Shown here: positions 25,001 through 40,000 of the stretch, one piece after another
How positions within the stretch are numbered: the stretch's first letter is position 1
How the letters are laid out: each line of letters opens with the position of its first letter
Assembly (NCBI RefSeq): GCF_963853765.1
Contig: NC_088860.1
Coordinates: 5,704,001-5,768,000 of the forward strand
Reading direction: 5' to 3'
Length of the DNA stretch: 64,000 nucleotides
DNA from: Magallana gigas
Lineage: Eukaryota
Made by a program: the position numbers and the translations under genes
Notes under the pieces: model-generated
The model's database searches: none
Seen by the model: the letters and a program-made list of their open reading frames with translations, nothing else
Told to the model about the DNA's origin: nothing

Positions 25001-28000
25001 ATCGTTCACTTCATTTTTTTCATTAAGATGGGTTGTCATTTATCATGTCGCCATCTTGTGATCTGTAGGGGATCACTACCGGATTAGTAAACAAACTCAT
25101 CTATTTCGTAAGGAACTGTTTTCAGCTACTTCCAGTTTCATGAATGGTCAAGGTACCAGAAAAGAATTTCGTGACATTTATCAAATTCAAATCGATGAAA
25201 AATTTTAAGGAAAGTACCCTTTTTGCCATCTCTCTGCTCTTTCTGTGGTTCATGCTAGTTAGACATCGCCAAGTTTCAAGTTAGGCTTTATTTTTAAATC
25301 ATCAATTGATGTTTAAAACTGTCCTCTATGTCAACAGTTCAACGAAAATACTGTTTTTATTGTGCATCAATTTTTGGTAAACAGTACAAAGGATTATTGT
25401 TAAATGGTTAATATTCTAATTACTGATCTCGCTGTAAGCATTTTACAAGAATGTTAACACTGACGGACGGCAAGTGAAAATCATTGCACCATTATATTTT
25501 TATACACTCACAAAAAAAAATAGATGCTGTCATTAGACAGTAATACCCGCACCAAGTGTTTGCCCCTAAATAACACTGTTTTGTACCAGTATAATTAAAA
25601 ATGAAGGTCACATGCAAGTTCTGGTAATACATTTAAAAATTATAATTTTCATAATTGAAGGATGAGATCCCTTCCCATATGATAATACACATGAGCAGCA
25701 CTTTATGTGTAATTTGGGGTTGAACTGTTTGCAGTGAATTTTCAGTTAATCAATAATCTTAACATTTCATGTCATAGAAAGTATAACGGTCTATATAATT
25801 ATTACAAACAAAATTAAAAATTAATTAAATTATGCCCCCTCCCCGCGGTGGTTGCCGGTTTTAGATTTGCTTCTGTGTGCCTACATGTACATCATCGTGT
25901 GCACAGATTTAGAGTAGGGGTGGGAGTGAGGGGTCCAGACCCACCCCCTCCCCATGGAAATTCATTTATATCAATTGTAAAATTACCAAAAATACACCTT
26001 GGACCCCAATGCTCTTAGAGACATGTAAATGCTCTAACCCATTGCGCTTCAATTTAGGTAACATTATTTGGGGGGTAAATATTTAATTAATATTTAATAT
26101 ACTTTATTGTTTATCTCAATAGGAAGTATACATCACAATATGTAGGTGTCATGCACCTTCTTAAAGCTATTATTTACCTAATAAAATAGTGCAAGTGGAT
26201 TTGAAGAATAGGTCATAAAAATACATGCATGTTACAAATAAATGATCTTTGTCTGAAGTTACGTACACAACACAGGTCGATCTGCAGGTCTCATTAGCGG
26301 GTACTAGTTTTACCCAGCTGTTGGATTCACGTGTATACATACATGTCTGTGGTTTCCATATGCAGAAAAGGATTAGTTAAGATCAGCTAAAGGAATTCAT
26401 TATTGTGTTTAATTAAATTATTATTATGATGTTGACCAATATAGGTAAGCATAATACATGTAGGAGCAGTAGCACAATATAATGAGATGCCAGCATACAT
26501 AAGTTCTACTTTCACTTTCTAAATGTGATCTTCCTTTGACAGCATACTGTATCATCATCTTTTAATATTTAAATAAGCTTATCATCGTTACCTATCCTAT
26601 CGCATTTGTAAAGTTTCTGTCATTTTAGTTGCAAAAGTTATTTTTTTCATTTGTCAGACTTGCACTATTGAGTTGACCCCATTGTATAAACAATTTCTTA
26701 TTAAATTTGTGTATTACTTGTAAGTAAGTGTACTAGACACTTATCATTTTATATGAGTTATAATAGGAAGGAAGGTGTATTTCTTTTCTAATGTATTATA
26801 ATGCATCAAATACAATGTAGGTCATGACCTTATGGGACTGTTTTGATCATGAAGCGATCAGGAAAATACAAAATATCTTCTAATGTCATTATGATGCATC
26901 AAATGGTGTAAAGTACATTAATGACCCCCAGTTGTTGTCTTTAACCCTCCCCCCACGCCTTTATGAAATAGGAAATGATGATACACTGTATATTTTGTTA
27001 ACTTCTGAGATCTGAGATCCTCATCCCTAAACCATATAATTTATTCTTGCTCTTTGTGTCATTGCGCGTAAAATTGTATAAAGATTATGCCCCCTTGGAG
27101 ACACCCTGACATCCTACAACTAGAAATAATAAAGTATTATTCTTATTCATATGTTACAGTAGTGTTTGATCCATGTTGGTAATTCCTAGCCTAATGATAT
27201 CACTACTTTGTTTAGGAGACTTTACAATTGCCCAAAATAGGCGAATACACATGCATATAACATTTTGTTTATAAATCTATTAAAAATTGAATTAAGCAAT
27301 TTCCAAAATGTTAATGTGCATCAGGAGAGAAAAAGCAATCAAGAAATGATTTAAAATTTGCTACTGCACACATGTAAGAATGTATTAAGAAGACTGAATC
27401 TTTAGAACCAGGTTAGATTTGGGGGGGGGGGGTGAATGTGGAGTATAAACATTTATAATTTGAATCATTTATTGTTTTTAACTTGTCAATGAATACTAGT
27501 TATTGATCCCAAGGTAGAAATATGACCTCTGATCATATCTCAATAGATCATTTGTCAATTATGCAAGATGTAATGTAATTTTTTTTTAGAATAACATTTT
27601 TTACCAGTTTATAAAAGTTTTTAGACACCCAAATTATATTTTGATTTTAATAGATCATTCGACAATTAGGAGGGGGGGGGGGGGGGCAGTTTATATTTGA
27701 GTTTGTTAGGGGGGTGGGGGTTCCAAGTCATATATTTGACAATTTGTTAATGTAATTTAAAGTAAGACTAAGCCATACTCCATCATAAACATGAATAGTA
27801 TAGAACAAAACACAAACTAATACATGTATATATACATAAAAAGTATTACAAAACATAGATGATTGATATACATGTATATCTGGGTTCTTAAATTGAATCA
27901 TGTATCATGTACATATTATATTATTGTTTCTTTGTTCAAGGCATTTCAGATGGTATGTAGGCCATGATCCCAAGTGCTCTTCCTGAAATTATCAAATACA

Positions 28001-28191
28001 TGTATCATAAAAACCATTGAGATCCCCACCTTAATCCAAAGATATTATTCCTCCTTAGGTCATGGCGCATCAGATCATTATGGCATGTAAGTCATGACCC
28101 TAAGGGGTCATCATGACCCCCTTAGAATCAGAAATTGTCAATTATCTTTAAATTTTTGATGTTTGATGATTCTATCTCTAATTAATCTTTA

Positions 28192-28495
28192 TTATTAAGT
28201 CTCCCGAATGAAATTTGGAGACTTATTGTTTTTGTATGGTTCTTAATACATGTATTATTATTCTTCATCTTCTTCTTTTTCTTCTTTCCCGCTCTGAACT
28301 TGTTTCGCAGAGATGGCTGAACAGAATTGTACAAAACTCTAGGATATGATAGGCCTGCATATCTAGTTGTGCACCATGGTTTGATTTTTCTCATTTTGGG
28401 TTAAACAACCACTTTTCGGGGGGGGGGGGGGTTGTCAAAAGGGTTTGGGGTCTAACATTGAACATTGTAGGAAGAATTGTAGACTCTATTGTAAA
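28192..28495 (+). mobile_element. Helentron-associated (HINE/DINE-like) element fragment
   Basis: TTATTAAGTCTCC...GGAGACTTA short inverted repeat followed by (TTC)n and a core repeat. Confidence 0.5.
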
Positions 28496-28890
28496 TGTAT
28501 CCAATTAAGCTATTGTTTACCTCGATAGAGAACGGTATATAATGTATTCAATTTGATTAAAATCAGATCGACATCGAATTAGTTGGAGCGGATCAAGGAT
28601 CTGACTTTTATCAGATTGGCATGCATATAATGTTTAGTCATCAAAATACAAATATTTTTTTGTTATGTCTGTTTTCTATGACAATAATGTCACATTGTGA
28701 ATTTTGAATTAACCTGATGGCAGTAAGTACAAAATTAACAACACGACAATCAACATATTAATGAAAAATGTAACTATCAGAAAATTTATAACTTCAATAA
28801 TGCTAAAAAAAAAGTACCGGCACTGTGCAAAAATACATCGTCCACTATAAAACATACATCCATAATTATAAGATTCTCTTGATCAATCTC

Positions 28891-28959
<69 letters not shown>

Positions 28960-29378
28960 AAGATGATGAAGCTGAAAAAATCCTAATTATATTCTACATG
29001 TATTGTTGCAATTTTTTTCCAAGTATATGTACACTATAATAATTATGTGAGGATACCCAACAGCTTTCCATAGTATACCATTTTTTTTTGTTTATAATAT
29101 AGTTCATTCGGGATCGAAATTACTAATAAATTATAAAGTCGATGAAAACAAAGACAATTTTGTTCGCTTAAACATACACTTCCGGATATCAGGATATGGA
29201 ATATACAATATTCAAAACTTTACGGATGAATAAATTAAAATTCAGTCCCCGGTCAAAATATTTTTAAAGACGTCAGTGGTTTTTTTTTCAGACCCTGCAG
29301 CATACATGCGGAAAAACCTCTCTAGTGTTAATTATCAACTAAATATGATAGGAAAACATTATTCTGTATATTTAAGCA

Positions 29379-29453
<75 letters not shown>

Positions 29454-32254
29454 ACTGAGAACTGTCTCCGCAACGGTACATATATTGATGTTTGTCATTG
29501 AAATGTTGAATTTTATTCAGTAATCAACATTTCATTTACCAATTATTCGTGGATCAAAATCATTGAGACATCTTATCTTGAAACTGACTTATATATCTAC
29601 TAATCTAAACTCAATTTATTAAGAAACATGACAAGTTGCAGGAATAAACCATATATAATTTAGGTTCAGCTGTGGCTTTATTATTTTCAATGGACCTACT
29701 GACACGAATAGAGTAGAAATACTGCATATTCTGTCAACTTTCAAATGTAATGAAGATTAATTACTACTAGTATACAATTTTGACTACTCGAGATCACCCA
29801 GTTGATGCAACGTTGTCTTCCCACTTAGCCAACATTTTGAAAAAATACAGGTAAAATACAGGTAAATTTGTTTTGGCAAAGTGGGAATGGGGTGCAGGTG
29901 GAGAACAAAAGAATTTAATTACAGGTAAGCTATAGTCTGTTTTCAGATAAAAGTCGGAGAAATAAAATATCTGTTAGCTTACAGAGGAATAAATATGAAT
30001 TGAGCTTCTGTCCTGGTACTTTATATAATTGATTCAGATGAAAATATAATTTTAGAAAATTAACTGTTACATATTCCCTTATAATTTATGCCCTTGATTA
30101 AGGTACAAATATAATTTTTTGTCTATTTTCATCATTTATTGAGATAATTATACAAGCTGCCTTTTAAGCATTGAAAAATATTGTAATTATAAGAGTCACG
30201 TTTGAAATTCTATCTATGAATCATATGGGTCATATTTCATTTCCATTTTTTTTTCAATTTTCTTCCGTTCTGATTTGAACATATTTCATTGCATTATATT
30301 GCAATGGGATTGGGCACAAGTAATAAAAACTTAATTCGTCCTCTTAATTTCTTTGGTTTCTAAGATTATATTGAATATTTCCAATCTAGATTATATGAAA
30401 TTAACAAAATACAAAAGAAAAAAACGCTTGAGTAAATTAAGTCCTTAATTATATTACTAACGGTGATACTTCACATTTTATAAGATTCATTGTATGATGA
30501 TGAATACATCATTAGTTAATAAGATAAAATCATCTTTTGTTTTGTTTTTTTAAAGTTGACCTGCACCTGAATATCAGGCATTTTTACTTCTAACAGTCAA
30601 TAAAACAATTATAAGAAGTCATAATTTTCAGGCTTTTGATTCTGTAAATTAATCATAATTAATAATGCTTATCAATTTCAATTTGTTTATTCTCTCAAAC
30701 CATTAAAATACACATGTACATGAGATACAAAACTGTGTTATTTGCTTTAAATTGTAATGTCAAAAGTTTAATTATTTATAATATTGTATTGGAACATAGA
30801 AATACATGTGTCTAGTCTATTCTTTAAAAATTGCTGATCTATTAATGTATATATACATCCAATTTATAAACAGTTTGTTAATTTACATAAATGTTTTAAT
30901 CATGCAAGTACTGGCATTGGTTAATACTTATAAAATGTGTTATGTAATAATCTTGTTACAGAAGTCGTTCAAGGAAAGTTGAATACATCGTGTGAAATTG
31001 CTATTCATTAGTCTATGATTTTCAATCATTACTTGTCTCTTTTATCAATAAAACAATTTTTAATGCAAATTATAATATAATGCATTCACAAGAATCGCTA
31101 AATGTTAACTAACTTCGAGTATCTATCTTTTTCCAAATGCGCTACATTAATCTCAACCGCCTTACTTTTGGTATAAGAAGCCTTTTGACTCTGGGATGGT
31201 ACCATGATTAATGACTGGAATGGTTAGTCAATATATAAAAATATAACGGTCACCCAACACAACTCGAGCACTATCGCCTGGCCCTGCTGAGATGCCTTGG
31301 GAGACTACTAGTATATGCCAGTAATTAGAGACCCGTGTTAAAGGTGTAACTTCTAATTAAAAATGGAATACAATATTTTTAAAACCTGTGAAATAATAGG
31401 TTCACATTGATATTGTACCTTTTTACTCGAGCATAAATGAATTGCAGAGTTGTGTACTGGGCCTATATTTGCTTCTTTTTTTTTAAATTCGAAATGGTCT
31501 TTGTTATGTTTATCATTTTCAAACAGCATCAGCGAAGAATGTTTGATTTTAATTAAAAGTAATCAATATCATGTAGGAACTAATGTGAATCGAGTCAGCA
31601 TGATGACCTCAAATCTATGCACTTTAATTTTGGTGAATGCGAGCCCAGAAACTCAAAATGATTTACACTGAGCAATAAACGATGTTTCTATGTTAGCTGT
31701 TAAACGCGGAAAAAGTCATCTGTCAGCAAAAGCAAACTTTTCCCCCAAAGGATCAGCTCTTAAACATGCTTCTAAATACAAGGACGAAGTTATAAAATTT
31801 GTCGAAGAATACACCTATCACTTGTACTTTAAATGTTTTGAATTCATGTTGATAAAATAAATGAGTTGATTTACTTGACAAGGAATTTACTCTCATAACT
31901 AACATGCATGGTGTACTGTATCTTAGATTACATATAGTACCTCTAAAAAGTATCTGTTTAGCATCATATACATGTTTCTCATGTTACAATCGTTTGAGTT
32001 TAAATTCAGCTTGACTTGAACATACCGTATTACAGTGAGTGTTGAACCATGCAAAAGTAATGCGCAGAAACGATGCTATGAAACTTTTCCATTCGAATAA
32101 AAACTAATGCATATTTTGATGCATCATTTTTCTATAAAAAAGCACAAACGTTTGAATATAGGCAATAGCTTAGCCAGTTGGTTGCTCAGATTAATGCAAC
32201 CCTTCAGCAAGCATACACGGTGTTTGGACCTTTACAGGGAGAAAACTATCAAAG

Positions 32255-32300
32255 ATGCAAACCACTCCTGTTCTGTTTCTGCTGTCCCTGCCAGCAATAG
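32255..32300 (+). CDS. Copy B exon 1 (A-type), signal peptide MQTTPVLFLLSLPAI
   Basis: Near-identical duplicate of 5396-5441; G|GTAAGT. Confidence 0.7.
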
Positions 32301-33997
32301 GTAAGTTTTATTTGAAGAACATGTATTAAATTCATTGTTTAAATATCAAAGTAGTATATGCTGTAATTTTCACGTCGGAAATTTTTACCGGGAACTTGAA
32401 TTTACGACTTTTAAAAATGACTAAAAAGATGATTGTTTATAAACTTCTGTTTGTCATATATTTGTTGGTAACGCAATTCATTGGGGTGTATTAAAGCGAA
32501 ATAATATATTATCACGGTAGAAAACAGTTTGCTATACATTTTTCACTAGATAAATCGTTCTTATAAAACTCAATGATTCATCTTAATCTTATTCATCACT
32601 AAGAATTTAGTACCATGCGAAATTGACACAATAATTTGCTGCTAAATAAAAATCTATTAAAAGTAGCTCACTTTGCTTCATTTACGTTCGGCGTGTATAT
32701 GTTGTCTGAATATGTCGACATAAAACGTATTTCATTCACTTGCTTCGAAAGTGTCTCATTGCAAAGATGCGACCGGCGAAGCGCGAGGATGCGATGGCGA
32801 AAGTGCGAAGGCAAAGGAGCTTAGCTCCCCCCCCCTCGGAAAAATTCATTATTAATATAATTTTATACAGTAAATGGCGAGGGGGGGGGGGTCCGGATCC
32901 CACTCCTCCCTGGAAAATTTAATTTTATATAATAAAATTTCCAAAGTAAGCCTCGGAACCCCCCCCCCCTTCCAGTTTGTCTTCTGCCTCAGATGTCATT
33001 ATATACAGCTAAAATTGTATTTAAACGATTATAAGCTTTACAATTATAAAAAGGCGAAGGCGAAAGCGCGAAGATGCGAAGGCGAGAGTGCGAATTTGCG
33101 AAGGCGAAGGAGCGATAGTTGTATTGCTTCTTTGCCTTCGCAACATTGCACTTTCGCATCTTTGCGCTTCGCCGTTGCATCATCCCACTTTCGCTTCACC
33201 GTGGTACCTTCGCACTTTCGCCTTCGCAACTATAGGCGAAAATGCGAAGGTCGAAGTGGCCCCATCAGAACACCATAAATAGGAGATGATTATATGAAGA
33301 AGAGGAGAAATGATTCAGCTCAAGTTATGTTTTCGTTGCTAAAATTGATACTTGACAGACGCGTCAAAAAGCCAATGTGACCTTGACAACATCTTCGCTA
33401 GCCAAGGTTTTCTAATCCGCACCGCTTCTCAAAAGTAAGATGCCTTGACAAATGCAAACTAAAACAATAATATTAACGATGAGCATAAATTGTAATAAGC
33501 AATGAATTGTCTTTGCCAGTTTGACAGTTGTTTTAATGGATGGTCATGTATTTCCTATAAAATGAATATCTAACCTTTTGACAATGGTTAGGTTTTGAAT
33601 AATGATGACGATTAAATTATTCTGGATGAATTTAGTTTAAACGTTTTCCCAGAAAACAGATGGGCAATAAGATAAAATTGTAATTGCCGGAAAACATCGT
33701 ACGGTACAACATATTGAAGGTTATTTACTGATGAAGCTCATCAAATCGTTGTCAATGATTAGGATACTTAATTGTGCGATACAAACTATATTTCTGACCT
33801 TAAAACCGATATCAAGTATTTGGCAATCCTTATACATGTAACTCTTTATTTAGAACGCGTGGTTTGTAACAACGCACTTTGGGAAAAAAATTGAAGTTCG
33901 TTAAATTTGGGACCAAGTCAACGCACTTTGAATTTTTGAAGTATGGTTGATGTACACTCTTAACGCACTTTGAAAAAACTTTGTAAAGTGCGTTGAC

Positions 33998-34028
<31 letters not shown>

Positions 34029-37000
34029 ATTTTAAAGTGTGTTGATTTTGTCTAAAATTTAACGCGCTTTGAAAAAAATTTCATAGTGCGTAAATTATTA
34101 AAGTGCGTTGCCACAATGGTTCCCTCTCATCCTTGTTAATTTAAAAAATACACGATGTCAGTGGACAACGCCCCCCCCCCCAAAAAAAAAACAAAAAAAC
34201 AAAAAAACAAAAAAATCGAAAGGTAAAATTAAATATTATTTTGCACCAATCGCTACTTCCATAGCCAAAAAAAGTAAAAAAAAAATCATTTACTTTTTAT
34301 ACAACACCTACATGTACCTAAGGATCTTTCTTTAATAATATTTACTATATTCACTGCTAGAAAAAATTTAAAAAGTTATACATTGAAACTTTGGCCATGA
34401 CATTTGCCGTCACCTTCTTGCTTTCTGTTGTTCACTGTACAAGTAGATCGATCTAGAAATGACACACAACGAAGAAATGTTAAAGAATAAAATCAAAGTT
34501 TAATTAAAAAGATGAAAGTTTGTACCAGTACTTTAACTTTAGCCCTTGTTGAATCAGAATGAAGATTAAAATATTAATTTTTAAAATCAGAGTAATTAAA
34601 GTTACATTTTCTTATACAGAGTTAAAAATAACTCACCTGATGACAAGAATGCCCTGTGAAATCTTCTTTGCTCTGTCACGGAGGGGGTGTTGACCAAAAT
34701 GTTTGTTGGCCGAGCCCTTGCTGGGGTCCCAGTCAGGGGGGTAGTACTTGTTTTGTGACTTTCTCTCAGCCTAAAACATTAAACAAAATATATCTTTGAA
34801 GGTGTGACCAATTTGAGGGTGATACCAATAAAACAATCACATTTTCCTTATCAGTTGGCATCTATAGATTCATGTGAAACATAAACAGTTGGATCTGCTT
34901 ATCTATTTATAATGATATATTCATCATGCTAATGATCACATGCTCAGACAATATCTTTGAAGTCAATGAAGTGATTGATTTTAATCAGATATGAACATGA
35001 CTCTTTTGCCGAGATTCCATTGCAGGATATTCAAAATGGTCAAGAGTAGGGACTGCCATCTTGAAACACAATTTTCAAGTTCATAGGGTATAATTTGTAA
35101 TCTCTTCAAAGGCTATTATTCTTCTGTACATTTTCGCTCTCACAGAACTAATTCGTCCTCTAAAATACATGGCAAAAAGAAAAATAAATTGCAAAACTGG
35201 AGCAAGCAAGGCAAATGAATATTCCAATTTAAACCGCAACAAGCTACATAAAATGGATAATAGAGCAGAAATTCAGAAAAATGATTATGAAAGACTGTCC
35301 AAAGATTAAGTGAAGGCATCAGTCAAATATCAAGCTAAGGCGAATCTCTATAGAGAAGAAGGATCAACCAAACTGTCTTGGTTATCTAAAACACTTCACG
35401 GGAGTTCGAATTTTTATCAATAAAAAGCCCAAAAACTTACTTTATTGACTGATTCATGAGCTTTGCTCTTTTATAACCCCATATTACCACATTAACTGTT
35501 TTTGCAACAAAATCGCTGCCACTTTTAACATCACATTTGAAAATTCGCTGTTAATGGTTGCCATGTTAATGATAACATCCGAGACATTCCGAGTGCGATT
35601 TACGACAAAATGGCAGGCAAATTAAAGCATATATTTTACCAAAATGCCTTGGTAAGACTCATTAAATGGATATTTTGTAGACTAAACTACACATGCATGT
35701 TCAAAAAGGTTTGTTATGTATAAAAATGTGTTTTTCCTCTGCAGTTTATTTTTAACAGACTTAAAATCGATGCAAAGCTAATCCGCTTTGCGGCTGCTAC
35801 ATTGCAAGTATATGGGACGAATTCTTACTGTGACCTGAGTGTAGCCTGGTCACGGTAAGATTATTCTTTCTAATAGCTCATGGGTCAGTCAATAAAGTAA
35901 GTTTTTTTGGCTTTATTGAAAAAAATTCGAACTCCTGTGAACACTTTCACACTGCTACAATTTTGTAAGGCAGTTACGACAGAGTGGAAAAACAACTGAG
36001 AGTCGAATCAGAACTGTTATGATGTTATTTTGAAAATAACTACACTATGATGACTATCAAATTTATTCATATGTCAGAATGGTTAGAAAAATGTTCTCAG
36101 ATTTTTTTGTCAGTGCAATTATCATACCATGTTTACTGTACGATTCAACCAATATATACTGTAAAACTAAATAGTACACGTTTATAAACAAAAGTGTGTC
36201 AAAAACGTTAGACGTACCATTTTGACAGGAAGTTGGAGTTCCAATACTCTAGTCACTGTCGTTCAGACGCTTGTTTACGATTGGCTGTTCGTTTGCTCTA
36301 AAACGCGTTCGCCCTTGACGCCTTTCGCTCTAGTTTTGGTATGTCCGTTCGCTCTTGAAACCGTTCGCACTGTGTCCGTTCGCCTTAATTTTATATAGGA
36401 TTAATTATAATTTATATATTTTTGTGTATTCTTGTCAATTTAAACATATATAATTAATGAAAACAATACCGCCCTTTCTACTTCTACCTACATAATATTC
36501 ACCATGGTTGACAGTAGTTTGATACAGTTACATACAGTTACATGTTCCATTTCCGTATATATCTCATTTAGAGATCAAAGGATTGTGTGATGTAAATTCT
36601 TTAAAGATAGAATAGGTGATAATCATCTGCTAAGCTTCTGAATGTGCCAATTAAAGTCTCAAAGTCTTTAATTGTTTAAAAAACACCAAGCAAATCATTA
36701 TAAAAACAAGAAGACGGTTATCGACAATGTAGGCCTACGGCAATAAAATCTTACAATTTACATATACCAATTACGTCATTTTTGATGAAGGAAAAACATA
36801 TTATATACGAATAATTAATAAAAGTTAACAAGTTTTAAGTTAAAAGTAAATGAAATAACTTATAATATTGTTTATTTATAAACAAGGAGCGAACGAGGTT
36901 TAAGGCGAACGATTATTTGGGCGAACGATAATTAGAGCGAAGGGACCTAGAGCGAACGGACCAAGGCGAACATGTGGATAGGGCGAACGCACCCGATACC

Positions 37001-40000
37001 AATTTTCAATTTTTTTTTCTGATATAGGTGGAGACAAATCATTTAGCCAGTTTGATATGTAGTTTATCAAATATGATATTTTAAAAAGCAAAAATGGTTT
37101 TAAATTTTTTAACTCTGGAGATTCTGAAAAAGTTTTTTTAGGTAAACTTGAATTTGAAAGACTGATCCCAAAGGAGAGTTTGGTCTACTGAGGAATCAAA
37201 CTAATTACCAAATTATTAGTCCCCTACCGGTTTTCACTGGAGGGGACTATAGTTTTTCTCTGCGTCCGTCTGTCCATCGGTCCGTCTGTCTGTCTCACTT
37301 CAGTTTCCACACTTTTTTTCTTTATGCGTTTAAGGAATAATATGAAATTTGCTGAACAGCTTCAAAATGTCAAACTACAGATCAAGTTTACACTTTTGTA
37401 GCGTTGGTTGATATATTTTCGAGAAAATTAATTTTTTATATTCCAGTTTTTTAATGTTCGGGTTCGAAATTATGCATAACAGTGCATTGTTTTCACAATT
37501 TCCACAAACCGGTAGGGGACGTGTATTGCTTATGCAATACTCTCAGAATGCTTGTTGTTTCTGTAAATGTGTATTTACGGGTTAATTAAAAGTTTAAATT
37601 TAATTTTTTCAAAATAAAGTACCTCCTCTTTTTTTTACTCTCTATAATACTAAATTGCCTGTCCAAGATATTTATGCAGCACCTTTTGACCATTATATAT
37701 AATGTTATACCTACTGTGAAAAAAAATGCAATTGAAATCAATGAAAGGAAAAATATCCAAGATACCTTCATTGAATCATTATTTAGCTTTTTCTCTCTGA
37801 TTGATTGACAGGAACTAATACAGATTTAATTCTTATGACAGATTAAATTCTTATGGAGTTTTATAATTTCAAAGTTGATGTAAAGTTTTATGATACAGAG
37901 CTTTCAATTATTTATTCTGTTAAAATTTAATGTTTATTTTTAAAATATCTTTCTCTTTAAAAAACAAAAAACTGTTAAATGAATTTGAAACCATTTAAAA
38001 GTGTTTGATATAATTATTCCGATATAGATTCAAGAGTTCTTAATCAATAATTATAAATAAATTACATGTATTGAATAATCATTTTTTACTGCAGTGTGGG
38101 GGCGGTGCAACATCCCAGCCTACTTTCACGGTGACTGGTACAGTCGAGAATCGGGTACAGACATCAAAACTCTGGTCAACGCCGACAAGTGGGACAGTAA
38201 TGAGGATGAAACACAGCTAGAGTGTGTGGACATTTTCATCCACTCCAACCCCGGGCTTCAGCAAGACGGAGACAATGTGACTATGCTTATGGTCAAAACG
38301 TAAGACTTCATGCAGAAAATGATTATTGAATCAATAACTTTTTCATTAGCCTAGTTGACAAATGATGTCCAAAAAATTCGGTATTCTCTAAACAATAAAA
38401 TTATTGTGTGAGGTTGGTAATTAATGTGGAATTAACTTTATATTTTGTTGGTTAAGGTGTGCTTAAGATCATGAATTACTCATGAATATTAGAGTTTGCA
38501 TACTCAGTAAATGTCAGATCTTTTGTATTTATCATGTATACATTTCTCTAGGTGAAACTTTTTAACGTAGATGTTTAATAATATATCCTAAAATAAAATT
38601 TTTGATTTTTCAGAAAGGAGCCTGTGAAAATGACTTTATGTTCTGTTTTATTGCAGGGGAGGGAGTAATTTGAACACATGCTACATGTGTGTCGATGTCT
38701 TGTGGAGAACTCCAAACATTCTACAATATAGACAAGGTATGAATAATATCAACAGACTAAATATTGAAAACAAGAGTATGATAATTAAACTAAAAAAAAG
38801 TAAAGTTTCTATAAACTCTTAGTACAAATAAGTTTCATGATATGCACCATGAATGTAGATTGACAATGTAAGTTTGTGACTCAGTTTTAGGGCAAGTTTG
38901 AATAAAAACAGAATTTCAAATGTTGAAGAGTCAACACTGATTGTGATTGTGTGTCTTTAAATAGAGGACTGTATAACAGCGCGGTCTAGGAGCCAGATTT
39001 CGCTGAACGATTCCTGTAAGTCGATGAACCCTTGGTACGGGCTTCCCAGCATTGATGTCACTTTCACCATGTTCAGTAAGTGTATTAAGCCATTCTATGC
39101 AGATTAATTTGACTATTGTGACCATTACCTATGCAAACAAGTAAAATGAATACAAACGTCATGAACTGTATATATGTATGAAGGCTGTACGAAGAAAACA
39201 ATGATATCGAAAGTAGATCTGTTAAAATGATCCATTTTTGCGATTATTCATTGAGCACCTGTGGCCTGCTGGATTAGAAAGTGGTCAATGGCTCCACTGT
39301 CAGGGTTCATATTCCAATAGACCATAAATTAATTTTATTGCAATTTTTATCATTTTTATCATTTATATGAAAAAAAAAGTATAGTACATGTATCTTCAAT
39401 TTGTCAACTCACATTATATTTGTATTTTCCAGAACAATCCCTAGAGAAGATTAACTGTGTAACAACATTTGAGGGGGTGTATCAGTTTTCCTATGAAGTG
39501 GATACCGGTGGTGGAGGTATCTGTAACCACCCAGATAGCCAGATCAAAGCTTGCCAAGAACCTGGATCTCAATATGTCGACAACGATGTGTTTGTCATGA
39601 CGTATCGGAAGTGCCTTGATGTGTCGACGTCAAAAAATGAACGTATGTCATGTTTGCAACTTTACAAAAATAGGTTTATGAGAAATTGAATATGGCAATG
39701 ATTTTTATCTTTTTTTCAAAATAAAACATATAAGAGTTCTGAGCTTTGAAATTGAAAAAATGATCTCATCTTAATTACATATATACTTAAAGGTACTTTT
39801 TATACAAAATCATGAATAATTTCTCAATATTTTCAGTGACTGAAATGTGACATTTGTGTAAGATGTGTGGTTTGATTGTTGCTGATAGTTTGTTTTTGAA
39901 TGTTGCTGATTATAATAATTTGTATTTTTCACTAATAGTTTAATATATGTTAATTAGAGATTCGGTACCAGTGTATGGGTTCGTGGTTCGCGGTGAGGAA

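Larger units (their letters stand above)
16925..25517 (+). repeat. Duplicated block Y, copy 1 (copy 2 = 40371-48930)
   Basis: Co-linear from mid-exon 7 through exons 8-10, LINE and downstream DNA. Confidence 0.92.
28496..34511 (+). repeat. Duplicated block X, copy 2
   Basis: As above; lacks the Spy insert and has an extra segment of about 1.2 kb at about 29812-30990. Confidence 0.93.

Noticed and set aside
34637-36130. Functional link between the CCDC130 (Yju2-like branching factor) fragment and the branch-point array
   Set aside because: They lie in different copies, the fragment is truncated, and nothing in the sequence connects them; treated as coincidence
38614-38656. Upstream acceptor TTTTCAG|AAAGG for B exon 3
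   Set aside because: Leads to an in-frame TAA; the 38657 acceptor matches copy A length and phase
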